Shown here: in pieces, positions 12,401-22,700 of the stretch | Layout of the letters: every line of letters starts with the position of its first letter | How positions within the stretch are numbered: position 1 is the first letter of the stretch | Assembly: GCF_964355755.1 (NCBI RefSeq) | Contig: NC_092680.1 | Coordinates: forward strand, 13,773,045 to 13,837,044 | From: Antedon mediterranea | Lineage: Eukaryota > Animalia > Echinodermata | Direction: 5' to 3' | DNA: 64,000 nucleotides | Made by a program: the position numbers and the translations under genes | Notes under the pieces: model-generated | What the model was told of the DNA's origin: nothing | Databases searched by the model: none | The model's input: only the letters and a program-made list of their open reading frames with translations

Positions 12401-14930
12401 TCGGTCCTGATTACACGATAGGCTATATTACTTTCCTTAATTTTAAAGATAAATACTAAAAAAAAGGGCAAAAAATAACAGTAATTTGACATGTTTCGTG
12501 AGTTGTTACGTCACGTATCAACTACGCAACCTCCTATGTTGTGTACCACCATGCCCGGATCTACAAATACCATGCCGCGCCGCCAAATTAAAACAGTGTT
12601 TAGTCTCCGGAAGTCAGTCAACCGTATTGAATAATCACGTTTTTGAAGTTTTAATTACACCTATCCTTTGAACAGAATGATTTTTGTAAATCACGGTTTG
12701 GCTCAGTGAGTAAAACGTCATGGCCATTGATATCAATGCTTAGTACGTTCGAGTTCGAATCCATGATATGTGTAAATTATCCGTATCACCGTTTAAACCA
12801 AAAAATCAAAACTAGAACACAATGTAATGTAATCAAAAGTAGCAAAAGGGATACCAAACCTCACGCAAAAAATGCAAAATATAAAAAACAATTGATGTAA
12901 AATAACAAATAACACAAATCGTATTTCCACAAAATTTCAACGAAAAATACACCCAAAATTTAAAAGTTTGTGTCCGAGCGCATCATTTAATTTCAAGTTG
13001 TGCACTTTTTGTGTCCATAAGCAGCTGTAGTTTTATTATTCTATAACTTAATTCATACATTGACATAGACATCGCTTTATTCATCTATAAATTTGGAAAT
13101 TTCTTAGCTTTCTCTCTCAATAAATATAAAAACAGAATTAAATAAAGACAAAAGAATATAACTAACAAACATATCTTCTATTGAAAAAGCCAATACCTCT
13201 TGAAATAAAAGAGTTGGGATATCGGTTCGTGTTACCGCCAGTACCCTCAGTCTATCCCATCAAGTATTGCGCTTTTATGCTTAATCTGTGTACAGACAAA
13301 AAACACCAACTAGTTATATCTAAATATTTTTTCAGGGGGACTATACATCTTTAAGCGGTGATATTTATTACTTGTACATTTCGCAAATTTGAACTCGACT
13401 TTACTGAGCTTGGCCACAGCTATCTTTGCTAGTCGTTATTTGTGGAATTCATTATGTTCCAAGGATAGGTATAATTAATTAAAACTTATTCGATGTGGTT
13501 GGCCGGCTGCTACCGAGACTAAACACTGTTTTACTTTGCCAGATCTGCATGGTATTTGTAGATCTGCATGGTATTTGTAGATGCAGCCATTGTGGTACAC
13601 ACAACAAAGAAGGTTGCATAGTTACGTGACGTGACAACTCGCGAAACATGGCTGCTGAGATGTTTATCCTTAAAATTCAGGAAAGTTTTCTTATCGGCCC
13701 AAGAAGCACCAGTGTGCCAAATGTGAGCATGTACCATTCAGTGGTTTTGTAGGAGATACCTAAAATTACGCAACCAATTTAGTAGCATTAATATATAGAT
13801 ATGTATATAAAAATAAAGATTGGCGATAAATGGAACATTCCATTCTTTCAGTCTCCCAGTATAAATTCACTTTCATAAATTCCAGTTATGTTTGTATATT
13901 CGAGAACCATGCGTGGGCACGTACTAGAGGGTACGCGAGTAAAAACGAGAACATCATCTATTTTTATTATAATTAACAAAGTTAAATGTTTAAATTTTAG
14001 TGATCAATTCCAGGGACCTGAAGAAAAATGGCAATATATGGGTGTGTACGAACCCGGATTATGTGTGTACGAGATTCTTCTTTGTGTAAGTTGTTTTTTT
14101 TCTCGCGTTGCAACAAAAATACAATAAAATATCACCTTTACCATTTAGTAGAACAAATACTGAACATGTGATACGAATTAACCAATAAAATGGCAAGAAT
14201 ACAAGTGTGTTATAATATACAAATATTTACTGGGCTGAGGGGCATGGTTAAAAATATAGCCCAAGGTGATCTGGAGACTATACTATATTCCGAGACGAAT
14301 TCGAGGGATATAGTATGTCTCGTGATCACCGTGCCCAGTAAATATTTGTTTTTTATACCGTACCACTTAATTTGGCTGGCTAGGCTGAAGCGAATGCAAA
14401 CATGGCCTTGGTTGGAGTAGGCCTAGTTACTGGCACAGTTTCGCTACGAAGAAGCAAACAGAAAATACATTTGATAATTCGTCGCTGCTAGATATGCAAT
14501 AAATATTCCCAAATCATACTTTATTTGTTTCTTCATATTTTAACTGGCTGCTAAACTTACTAAATCCTCTATGTCAGCTCATACACAAGTTAATCATTGT
14601 AGACTAGGCTAGAGCGTGTGGATCCGATTGTATTAAAGAAGATAGAGGAAACAGACATGCGCAGTTTAGCCGGTCTATAGTTCGAGGGCATGGCAATAAC
14701 TATAGATCAGCGACTAACCAATCGGATGCTGTGAATTGAAAATGCAACTTACTATTTTATTCAATACTTAACTGATATAATATGATACATTTTTTATCTT
14801 GTTTAGATATGAAGATGGAAAGGTTGGTGATCTGACAGTGGACACATCACAAGAACGATATTCCAAAGAGATTCTAATAGCAACTCAAGTTAAAACACAT
14901 CCCAAAACGGGCAAAAACATTATAGGTTGA
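499..14930 (+). CDS. PARP6: PARP6/PARP8-like mono-ADP-ribosyltransferase, 5'-partial, 17 coding exons, with an extra UBA domain
   Basis: GT-AG exons 499-602, 845-905, 1354-1441, 3954-4026, 4130-4261, 4890-5030, 6649-6790, 7048-7197, 7343-7561, 7744-7889, 8136-8184, 8452-8564, 11243-11315, 11626-11742, 11904-11970, 14001-14085, 14807-14930 splice in frame (1884 nt). Peptides match PARP6/8 from memory: DDVDVDL, LNEYCVVCDEPHIFQNG..KPAVCERELCVFAFQTLGVM (C4 zinc motif), GAEVVDLLVAM, WIVSSNRSHIVKLP, FAFHGSHIENWHSILR, LHGAAYGQGIYLSP, CIALCEVI, GNIWVC, YEDGKVGD. The H-Y-I triad indicates a mono-ART. PARP6 versus PARP8 cannot be resolved (probably a co-orthologue). The start exon lies upstream of the window. 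Confidence 0.93.
2499..2642. repeat. Near-perfect foldback palindrome (hairpin MITE) in a PARP intron
   Basis: The arm gtgtaatggtacaaataatggcat..ggtgaatgatgaaaggtt pairs with aacctttcatcattcacc..atgccattatttgtaccattacac around a 15-nt loop. Confidence 0.75.
4890..5030 (+). CDS. PARP exon encoding a UBA (ubiquitin-associated) domain
   Basis: 141-nt exon, phase 2 at both ends (ttttgttag / gtagg). Translates LSVSVDDAALSQIMELGFSRTMAKNALTMSEGDVATAIAFVQSNPA, with the UBA pattern xGF..A..AL....D...AI.F. Confidence 0.8.
5369..6620 (-). mobile_element. Non-autonomous Helentron/Helitron2-like element, copy 1 (5' end truncated)
   Basis: Highly similar to 33446-34935. The minus-strand 3' end has a hairpin (aattcgtc..gacgaatt) followed by CTAG. 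It has a subterminal aggttatatgcat and (TAAA)n near the other end. Confidence 0.75.
9319..9390 (+). tRNA. tRNA-like gene with ATC anticodon (Asp/Glu-type body), repeat-borne
   Basis: GCCCCAG TG GTCT AATGGTT AGGAC A TCTGC ATATCAA GCAGG CGGT CCGAG TTCGAGT CTCGG TTGGGGC G. All four stems pair, A and B boxes are intact, and TTTTT follows 2 nt downstream. A role in translation is doubtful. Confidence 0.65.
9448..9996. mobile_element. Kolobok-type MITE (TTAA TSD) inserted in the 364-bp unit
   Basis: ttaa|AGATGTATTGTCCCT ... AGGGACAATACATCT|ttaa. The empty site (aattaattaaatttcag) is visible in neighbouring units. AG..CT termini with a TTAA target fit Kolobok. Confidence 0.85.
10237..10308 (+). tRNA. 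tRNA-like gene with ATC anticodon, copy 2
   Basis: Identical to 9319-9390. Confidence 0.65.
10601..10672 (+). tRNA. tRNA-like gene with ATC anticodon, copy 3 (3 substitutions)
   Basis: Same as copy 1 except ggttacgac in the D-arm and gcagggagtcc in the variable region. Confidence 0.55.
10965..11036 (+). tRNA. tRNA-like gene with ATC anticodon, copy 4
   Basis: Identical to 9319-9390. Confidence 0.65.
11986..12208. mobile_element. MITE with about 18-bp TIRs (Harbinger-like)
   Basis: ggacatgtttccgcagcca ... tggctgcggaaacacggcc. Confidence 0.6.
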
Positions 14931-15750
14931 TAACGGATGAAAACAAACACAGGCAAAACATTCTAGGTTAATGCAACCTAAAAAACCCATCCCAAGATAG
15001 GCACAAACATTCTAGGTTGAAGAAACCTAAAAACACACATCCCAAGATAGGCACAAACATTCTAGGTTGAAGCAACCTAAAAACACACATCCCAAGATAG
15101 GCACAAACATTCTAGGTTGAAGCAACCTCAAGAAACGCATCCCAAGATAGGCACAAACATTCTAGGTTGAAGCAACCTAAAAACACACATCCCAAGATAG
15201 GCACAAACATTATAGGTTGAAGCAACCTAAAAACACACATCCCAAGATAGGCACAAACATTCTAGGTTGAAGAAACCTAAAAACACACATCCCAAGATAG
15301 GCACAAACATTCTAGGTTGAAGCAACCTAAAAACACACATCCCAAGATAGGCACAAACATTCTAGGTTGAAGTAACCTAAAAACACACATCCCAAGAAAG
15401 GCACAAACATTCTAGGTTGAAGCAACCTCAAGAAACGCATCCCAAGATAGGCACAAACATTCTAGGTTGAAGCAACCTAAAAACACACATCCCAAGATAG
15501 GCACAAACATTCTAGGTTGAAGAAACCTAAAAACACACATCCCAAGATAGGCACAAACATTCTAGGTTAAAGCAACCTCGAGAATCACATCCCAAGATAG
15601 GCACAAACATTCTAGGTTGAAGTAACCTAAAAACACACATCCCAAGATAGGCAGAAACATTCTAGGTTGAAGAAACCTAAAAACACACATCCCAAGATAG
15701 GCATAAACATTATAGGTTGATAACAGATGAAAACAACCACAGGCAAAAAG
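14891..15750 (+). repeat. 50-bp minisatellite (about 15 units) starting in the last PARP codons and extending into the 3' UTR
   Basis: Unit aaacacacatcccaagataggcacaaacattctaggttgaagcaacctaa. A variant unit recurs at 15121 and 15421. Confidence 0.95.
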
Positions 15751-17421
15751 ATTCCTATTACAGTAATATTGATTGTCAATATTCCAGTTAAACAGGTGTG
15801 TGGGTAGGAGTTGAAACAGCATTAGCTTACAGTAAATCAATAGTGAAATCAGTTTCTATTAACAATATTCATATAATTATAATACAATTATAAATAAGTT
15901 ACTGAGGTATTTGTACTACGGTAACGGTACATTTACTTAACAGTTTAAGAAATACCTGTATAACACAGCAGGAATAAGCACCCACCCACTAGAACATAAA
16001 ATCACATCCCGTTTGGGGTTTGGCATTATACGGTACAAAAAACATTAAAAATTAAATATGTGAAAATTATGTTAGCAAATGCAAAAGCTATGCTGAAAAC
16101 AAATGGCAACAATTTCATGGAAACTGAGCTTGTGAATTTCATGTCAGCAATGAAAACAAATGTAAATATTTAAATTTGAATGCGATGTTTTCGTTATGTT
16201 TCAATTTGTGATGACAGTTGGCAACTTATCTAAATATCTTTAGTGGGTCAAAATAAACCAAATAAAAGTAAAATTCGGATTTAGAAAATTAGAGCTCATA
16301 ATGCATAAAGCATCTATGAGCTTGACAATAAAATAACACATTTTCAATCAAATAAAACATAAACTAAACTACCAACATCTTGTCAAACCCATATAACTAT
16401 ATTAGGTTTACCAGCAATTTCGTGTACACAGACTGGCGCCTAGTATATAACTTTCAGGTGTTTTCAGTTATGTGACCATCTAACTAGATGACAAAGTAAA
16501 TCAGGGAGGAATGAAATTACATGTTTTAACATTTTATGTAAGGTTCGCAAGTTTTCAATGTAATTCACTATAAAGAATGGAAGTGTTTGTCGAAGAGGGG
16601 AGTTTTAAAAGCTGCATAAATATGGGGGATTGAAAGAGTCTGATGATTGATGAAGAAAAGTAGGTTTGCAATGCAATTTTGTAAATGGAAAAATCTGGTA
16701 TGAACATGAGTCATTCATGAGTTTATTCATTAGAATAAATATAAACATATATGTTCCTAAGAATTTAAGACCAAATACATGTCTCTATGACCACTAGTTA
16801 TAGAGATAGAAGGAGGTCAGGTTCAAATGTCAATAATTTCCATTCACTTTTGGACAAAAATGCCAGTCTTTTTGTACAAAGTGGGTTAGGGTTAGAGTGA
16901 ATATAAATATATATCTTGTAAATTAGTTGACATTAAAATGAAACCTGTAACATCAGCCATTCTGAAGATATAAGCTATTTGAATATTTTGGCCGCCATCT
17001 TGTAAAGTTACAGTTAAAGATTGGGCAACAACGTTTTTATAGTTTATTTTGACCCAATACAGATTTTTAGACAAGTTGTCATCACAAATTGCACACGGGA
17101 CCCTATTTTATGACATCTTTTAACCGAACTATTTAAGCAAGTAACAAACAAGATAAAGTATTTTGTTATACAGTATATACATCTATATCTATAAGAAAAT
17201 GATTGTATCATAACCGAAACGTAGAGAAATTCTTAACCATAATTTATTTCATTTTGGAAACACACCTAACTTTACTAGTATAAGCATATGAATTACAGTA
17301 ATTAAATGATTTTAGATGTTTTAAGATCAACAAATATGAGGCTAACTCTGAAATTTTTAAATAAATTAGAACAGAGTTTCAGTTAGTTTATACACATTTT
17401 AATGATTTATTTTTGGCGGGA

Positions 17422-17734
17422 ACTCAATGGAGATACAAAAAAAAACTGAAAAGCTAAATCAAAACGATTAAGTAAAACAGCCAGAAAAGTTAGCAGAGCT
17501 TTCGGGCAAGTGAGTGTACTTGGACAAAGTAAATAGTATATATATATTAATGTTCTATGTGTTTATATATATTGATGAAGGGCTAGTGTTGCCTGAAAAC
17601 TATTCTGGCTGTTTTAAAAGTTAGCATTTACTTTTTGCTTTTTTTTTGTATCTCCATTGAGATCCAGCCACTGATACCCACAGCATTGTCATTTTTTCAG
17701 TAATTTGCCTTTGGATTTATATATATATATATAT
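17422..17734. mobile_element. Inverted pair of Penelope-like (pLTR) remnants with a degenerate hammerhead core, in (TA)n
   Basis: tgatgaagggctagtgttgcctgaaa at 17573-17598 resembles CUGANGA-stem II-GAAA. 17422-17510 is an inverted copy containing gcccgaaagct. The element ends in tttgcctttggattt(ta)n. A third copy lies at 43425-43530. Confidence 0.55.
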
Positions 17735-18120
17735 GTTACAATATATGTGTTCCAACACTATTTTATAATTTACAAAAATTGTTTTTAATACTTCTAATTA
17801 AATAGTTTTAATTTGTACACCATGAATTAGAATACCATGTTTCTTAATGAAAGGGTTTTAAAGCTTTCTGTTTATTAACTTTGAAATATTTTATTACAAT
17901 CCATCAACAAATAGTTTATTTATTTTGTATTAGTAAGGGATCATGTCTAAATAATTCCAGCGCAAAGACATATGGTTTTAGTTTGTTTTAATGTGGAAGC
18001 TTAGGTGGCAGTTATCATTGCTATATACAATGTGTAAGTTATCAAAAGAGCTTGCTAAATAATAAACAAGTTTAAGGGCAAACACAATATACTGCAGCAA
18101 TAGTTTTGATATGGTCCCTT

Positions 18121-18465
18121 AGGGTATGTTCAGATCCATGGAGTTATGCTTTAGTATCGCAAGCAATGTCATAATATAATTAGTGTTGTAACAGAAAAAA
18201 ACAGATTTGCCTATTACTAATGTTTTCGTTTCAAACTGAATTGTCACTGATTTGGCCAAACATCTTGTATGTAGGAGTAAATTTTATTGGTTAGAGGTCA
18301 AAATCATTGATGCATGACTTTCGTATCATAAGTGTCATTCACTTATTCATTGACATTGAGCTGTCGTGACGCACGAAACATCAGTTTCCACTAATCTCTT
18401 CCTTGTTCAGACCCATGGAGTTGTATGCTGCGTACAATACGAAACTCCGTAGGTCTGAACAGGCC
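18121..18465. mobile_element. Degenerate MITE (Harbinger-like TIRs)
   Basis: gggtatgttcagatccatggagtt ... aactccgtaggtctgaacaggcc, with an internal partial TIR copy at about 18405. Confidence 0.5.
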
Positions 18466-19235
18466 TTAAATGAATTGTAGTTACTGCTCCATAAATATAG
18501 TACAAACTGTACATTTTAAGTAACATTTTTATTTAGTATCTTCAAAACATCAACAAATGTTAGTTATAAGTAATTAATTTCTTTAAAGCATGTTTGCATC
18601 TTGTCATGACTGAGTGGGTTACACGGACACTCTCATCATTGGACAATGTTAACATCACATAATTTTGTATATGTCTTTATTTTACAATCATTTGAACAAT
18701 TTTATAATTTGTTATAATTTGTTTCTTTCATTATTATATGGTATAATTTTAAACATAGTTTTGTACATTTTTTAACCTCAATATTATTTTTAATTATAAT
18801 GTTAATGTTTTTAAATTCTGTAACCAGCTAATCGTTTCAATGTTATTTAATCATCCAGATGAAAATAAAAATAATATGAACGAGAATTGTTGTATGTTTG
18901 TTGCTTCTTTTAACTTGATTGCCGTGACTACAGGAAACAATTAATTCTACCATGCCAATAGCCTCTACTACGCCAAATACAGTATTGACAATCAGCATTT
19001 TAAAATTGTAAACAAAAATAATCTTAAATTTATTTATATATTGCATTGATTATAAAACTTAACATCAACAATAAACTGCTAAGCGATTATGCTAAAATCA
19101 AAAATGAAATGCATTGATTCTGCATATAGCACATCTTCTATTAATACATGAAAAATGGCTGAACTCAACAACAGAAAAGGTAGAACATTAGGTAAGGGTT
19201 AAGTTCCAGCAATTAATCTTACAAGTTTTTGATTG

Positions 19236-19526
19236 AATATATATTTATACTGGGTAACCGCTTCAGTCAAAGACTGGTCTCCCAGAGGGCCCAGTTGGTG
19301 ATCAGTGGCTGTAATGTAACCCCCTACTCGTCTCGAAAGATGTACTAGGTTCTTTAAAGTGCACACGAGCAAGTTGTGTACACTGGACCTACGGTTTATA
19401 GTCCTTATCCGAGAAGACTCGTTCTACCACCAGAACCATGGAGTGAGTGAGCCTCGAACCCCTGCGCCGATGTTATGGCTACGTAATTACGGTTCCACTG
19501 TCTTAACCGCTCGGCCACTCACTCCC
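19236..19526 (-). mobile_element. tRNA-derived SINE with a Deu/Nin-like central domain
   Basis: On the minus strand: A box TGGCCGAGCGG, B box GGTTCGAGGC, then ggataaggactataaaccgtaggtcc..gcactttaaagaacc..ttcgagacgagtagggg, which resembles the DeuSINE core as recalled from memory. AT-rich tail. Confidence 0.7.
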
Positions 19527-19777
19527 AAGTTGCAGTGGAAAGAAACACAACCACTAATTACAAAATTGTACAATTAATAATCTATTTACAGTAAACATCA
19601 CAATGTTAAAAAAAAGAATTCGTTTTAAATTTGCATTGTTTTTTAAATCTATACAGCATAAAAGATGATGAATTATAATAACGCCTTATCTAATTACACA
19701 TCCATGATTTTCCACTACGCATGAGAACATGGATACCTTAATCGTTGATATTAATTAAAATTGACTTAATGAGACAT

Positions 19778-22700
19778 TTAAAGCTTGCTGGTAGAAGGGA
19801 ACATTAAATCTTTGATTTCAACAAATGCCTTGCAAATTGCATTGTAGAACTGATGACAGCTTGTTACTTCACATGAATTGTAACCAGTCACAAGCAACTG
19901 AAACCTGGTGGTAGAAAGACAAATCAAAATTGGATAATGCACAATAGATTATTCTATACATATTTTTTTTATTTCTTTTAGCCAAAATGAAACCATAAAC
20001 TTGGATAGTGATGGTACTTACTGGTCTTTGGCGATCCTATAGAATATGCCATAGCCATCTTGTGTCATAGCTGCCACTCCTCCATGTACAGGGGTATAGC
20101 CTATCACACTGGTTGATAACACAAAGTTTCCACCACCACCACTATAAGTAAAATAAACATTGTATAACTACAAAGCAAAATTTAAGAACAATATATAATA
20201 TCTGAGAAGAGATGTCACTGTATAAGCCTGGAGCTATAGCTCCATGGTATGAGCCTAGGAGGGGAATCAACACAATTTTAAATATTTTGAATATTAATGA
20301 TAGTTAATACTTACTTGATACTTGACGACCCTTAATTCCTAGTTTTAGTAGGACCTCTATCAGGAGGAAATCTTTGAGAGTCTTATTAAAAGGGGTGTTT
20401 CCTTAATATAGGTCTTCAAAGAAAATGCATGAACAATAATTTTCCTAAATTTTCATAAAACATTTGTTTTACCTTTTGGTATAGGCATCATGTAAAAATA
20501 TGTCAGGCGTTGGAAGGCCCATTTCTTGGGCAGTGCAGTAAATACCAAACAAATGTCTGTCACAGCCTTGGCCTTCAGTTGCCTCTTGCATTATGGTGTT
20601 GTGCTTGTTATATGCCACTTGGAACAATGTTTGACGTTCTCCAATCTGTAATTATGCAATTAAATTAAAATTATCATACATTCTTGTTTGTAGCAATATG
20701 TAGGTGATTGGCCAGATTCAGGAAAACTGATCATTTCCTTTATGGATAACATTCTTGGTATAAAACAAACTCAGTCTCTACTACATACTGAAACTTGTGG
20801 ATCGAGCATTGCTTTACACCATTCGACTGCCTCTGGTGTGGTTGATCGGATCGTCTCAGTTCTGCCTTTGTAAAATTTCCTGGTGGCTGCTGTCTCATAG
20901 CATGGACCTGGTCTGTAAATGGATGGTAAATAAATGTAATCTTCTATACTTGTTAAATGCATAACATTATTTGTATAGTGTAGATACAAGGTTGTACTAA
21001 AAATACCAAACTATGATCATTACTATGAATAGGTATATTAATACATATGATTATGAACTTATATTTTCTTCTACCACATACCAGTTTTGCAAAATTATAA
21101 AAAAACATGTTAGTGGTGTTTATACAGTTGAATAAATAAAATAAAAAAATAAAATGATGGTACGATAGACCTTACTTTGAATACATGGTGTAGTATGCAA
21201 GTTGTATGGCCAGTTGACAACTTGTATCTGGGTGTAGATTGTGTTTCCTTAGCTCATCTTTTCCATAAAGTGTAAAACGAGCTGACAATACTTCCATATT
21301 TTTCGCCTATAGTGAAATTAAATGAAAGTATTTTATAAGAATTATTCTATTATTATACTTTAAAAACATCAATTGAACTGGCAGATCCAATATTTTCAGT
21401 TGGGCTTAGACAACCAAACAATAGACCTACTTTAAACATTATGACAAGGTAAATATAGAGTTTGTAAAGTTAAAAAGTATATCAATCCTACATTGGTAAA
21501 ATATATGTCTTCAGCTTTATCCTGAGCTTTAGCAATGACATCATCTGTTGTGAATATTAACTCCAGTGGCATTATTGCATTTGTATTAATTTTCGGCTCA
21601 CCCTTCAAATAAGAAAAAAATGTTAACAGGGGTATCTGATTTGTATTTATGATGAAATGTTTAACCTACTATTTTATGTATTTTATGCAAATGATATAAT
21701 AATTCATTCATTCATTCAATCTTTTATTTCGGAAACTCTGGTCCATAGAAAGTAAACAATTACATATAAATGAAATAAAATAAACAAGACTAATTACTAC
21801 TACTCATCTCAGGATGACATTCCACCTGGAGAGCATCTTCGACTTAACTAAGACGTTGCTTATAATCGTTGAGATTAAAATATTTTTGCTTGCATTAAGT
21901 CTACACATCAGGCCATATATTGATTTTTTTAACAATTCATAAAAAGAAGGAATTCTACATTCCGTAAACATGAGGCTGGCACTGCAATGGTGAGGCCTTT
22001 GCAACAACATTCTTAAACCATTATTGTAGCATACCTGGAGAGATCGCAAGGTACCTAATAATAAATGGAAATGACTTATTAAAATGGTACCACATTCGGA
22101 TTGACTTTCCTTTTAAGACCAACCTCAGGAATGTAGTGTGACTAGATTACTTGAAACAGGCAGAGTAAGGAATAAATCACACGTGTGATTAATACTAATT
22201 GGTACAACCATATTACACATATATAACCTAACATTTACCAAAAAATATAAATTTAAAAGTCTCAAATTGAAAAATGATTTCAATTTACCGGCCAACATGC
22301 TGCTGTTGTCAGAAGCTGTTGGTGTATATAATCACTCAACAATACCATCACCATGCCATCATATGGAGCATGCTGAAAAAAAGGAGACCATTAGTAAAAC
22401 AAAAGCAGATGCAAGGTTAAAATGAACCAGCTTACTAGTGACAGCTATAATTCTACTAGCAAAGATACTTTCACCTACCCACTCAATTCTGGTCATTTTG
22501 ATGACCCATAAACCTGTTATTGCATCTGTGATTGTAAAGCACAAAGCTACATTGGGATTAATGTGAAAGCTGAGTTTTTCAACTTACATCACAGTTTGCA
22601 GTAAGTACACCATTTTCAAACACATGTACACTAAGTGCCTTGTCTGACCATTTATTCCATGGTTGAGGTCCAAAAAATGATTCTTCATAAGCCTATTAAA

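Noticed and set aside
14928-14990. Selenocysteine or readthrough at the PARP TGA
   Set aside because: TGA is immediately followed by TAA in frame, and no SECIS-like motif was recognised.
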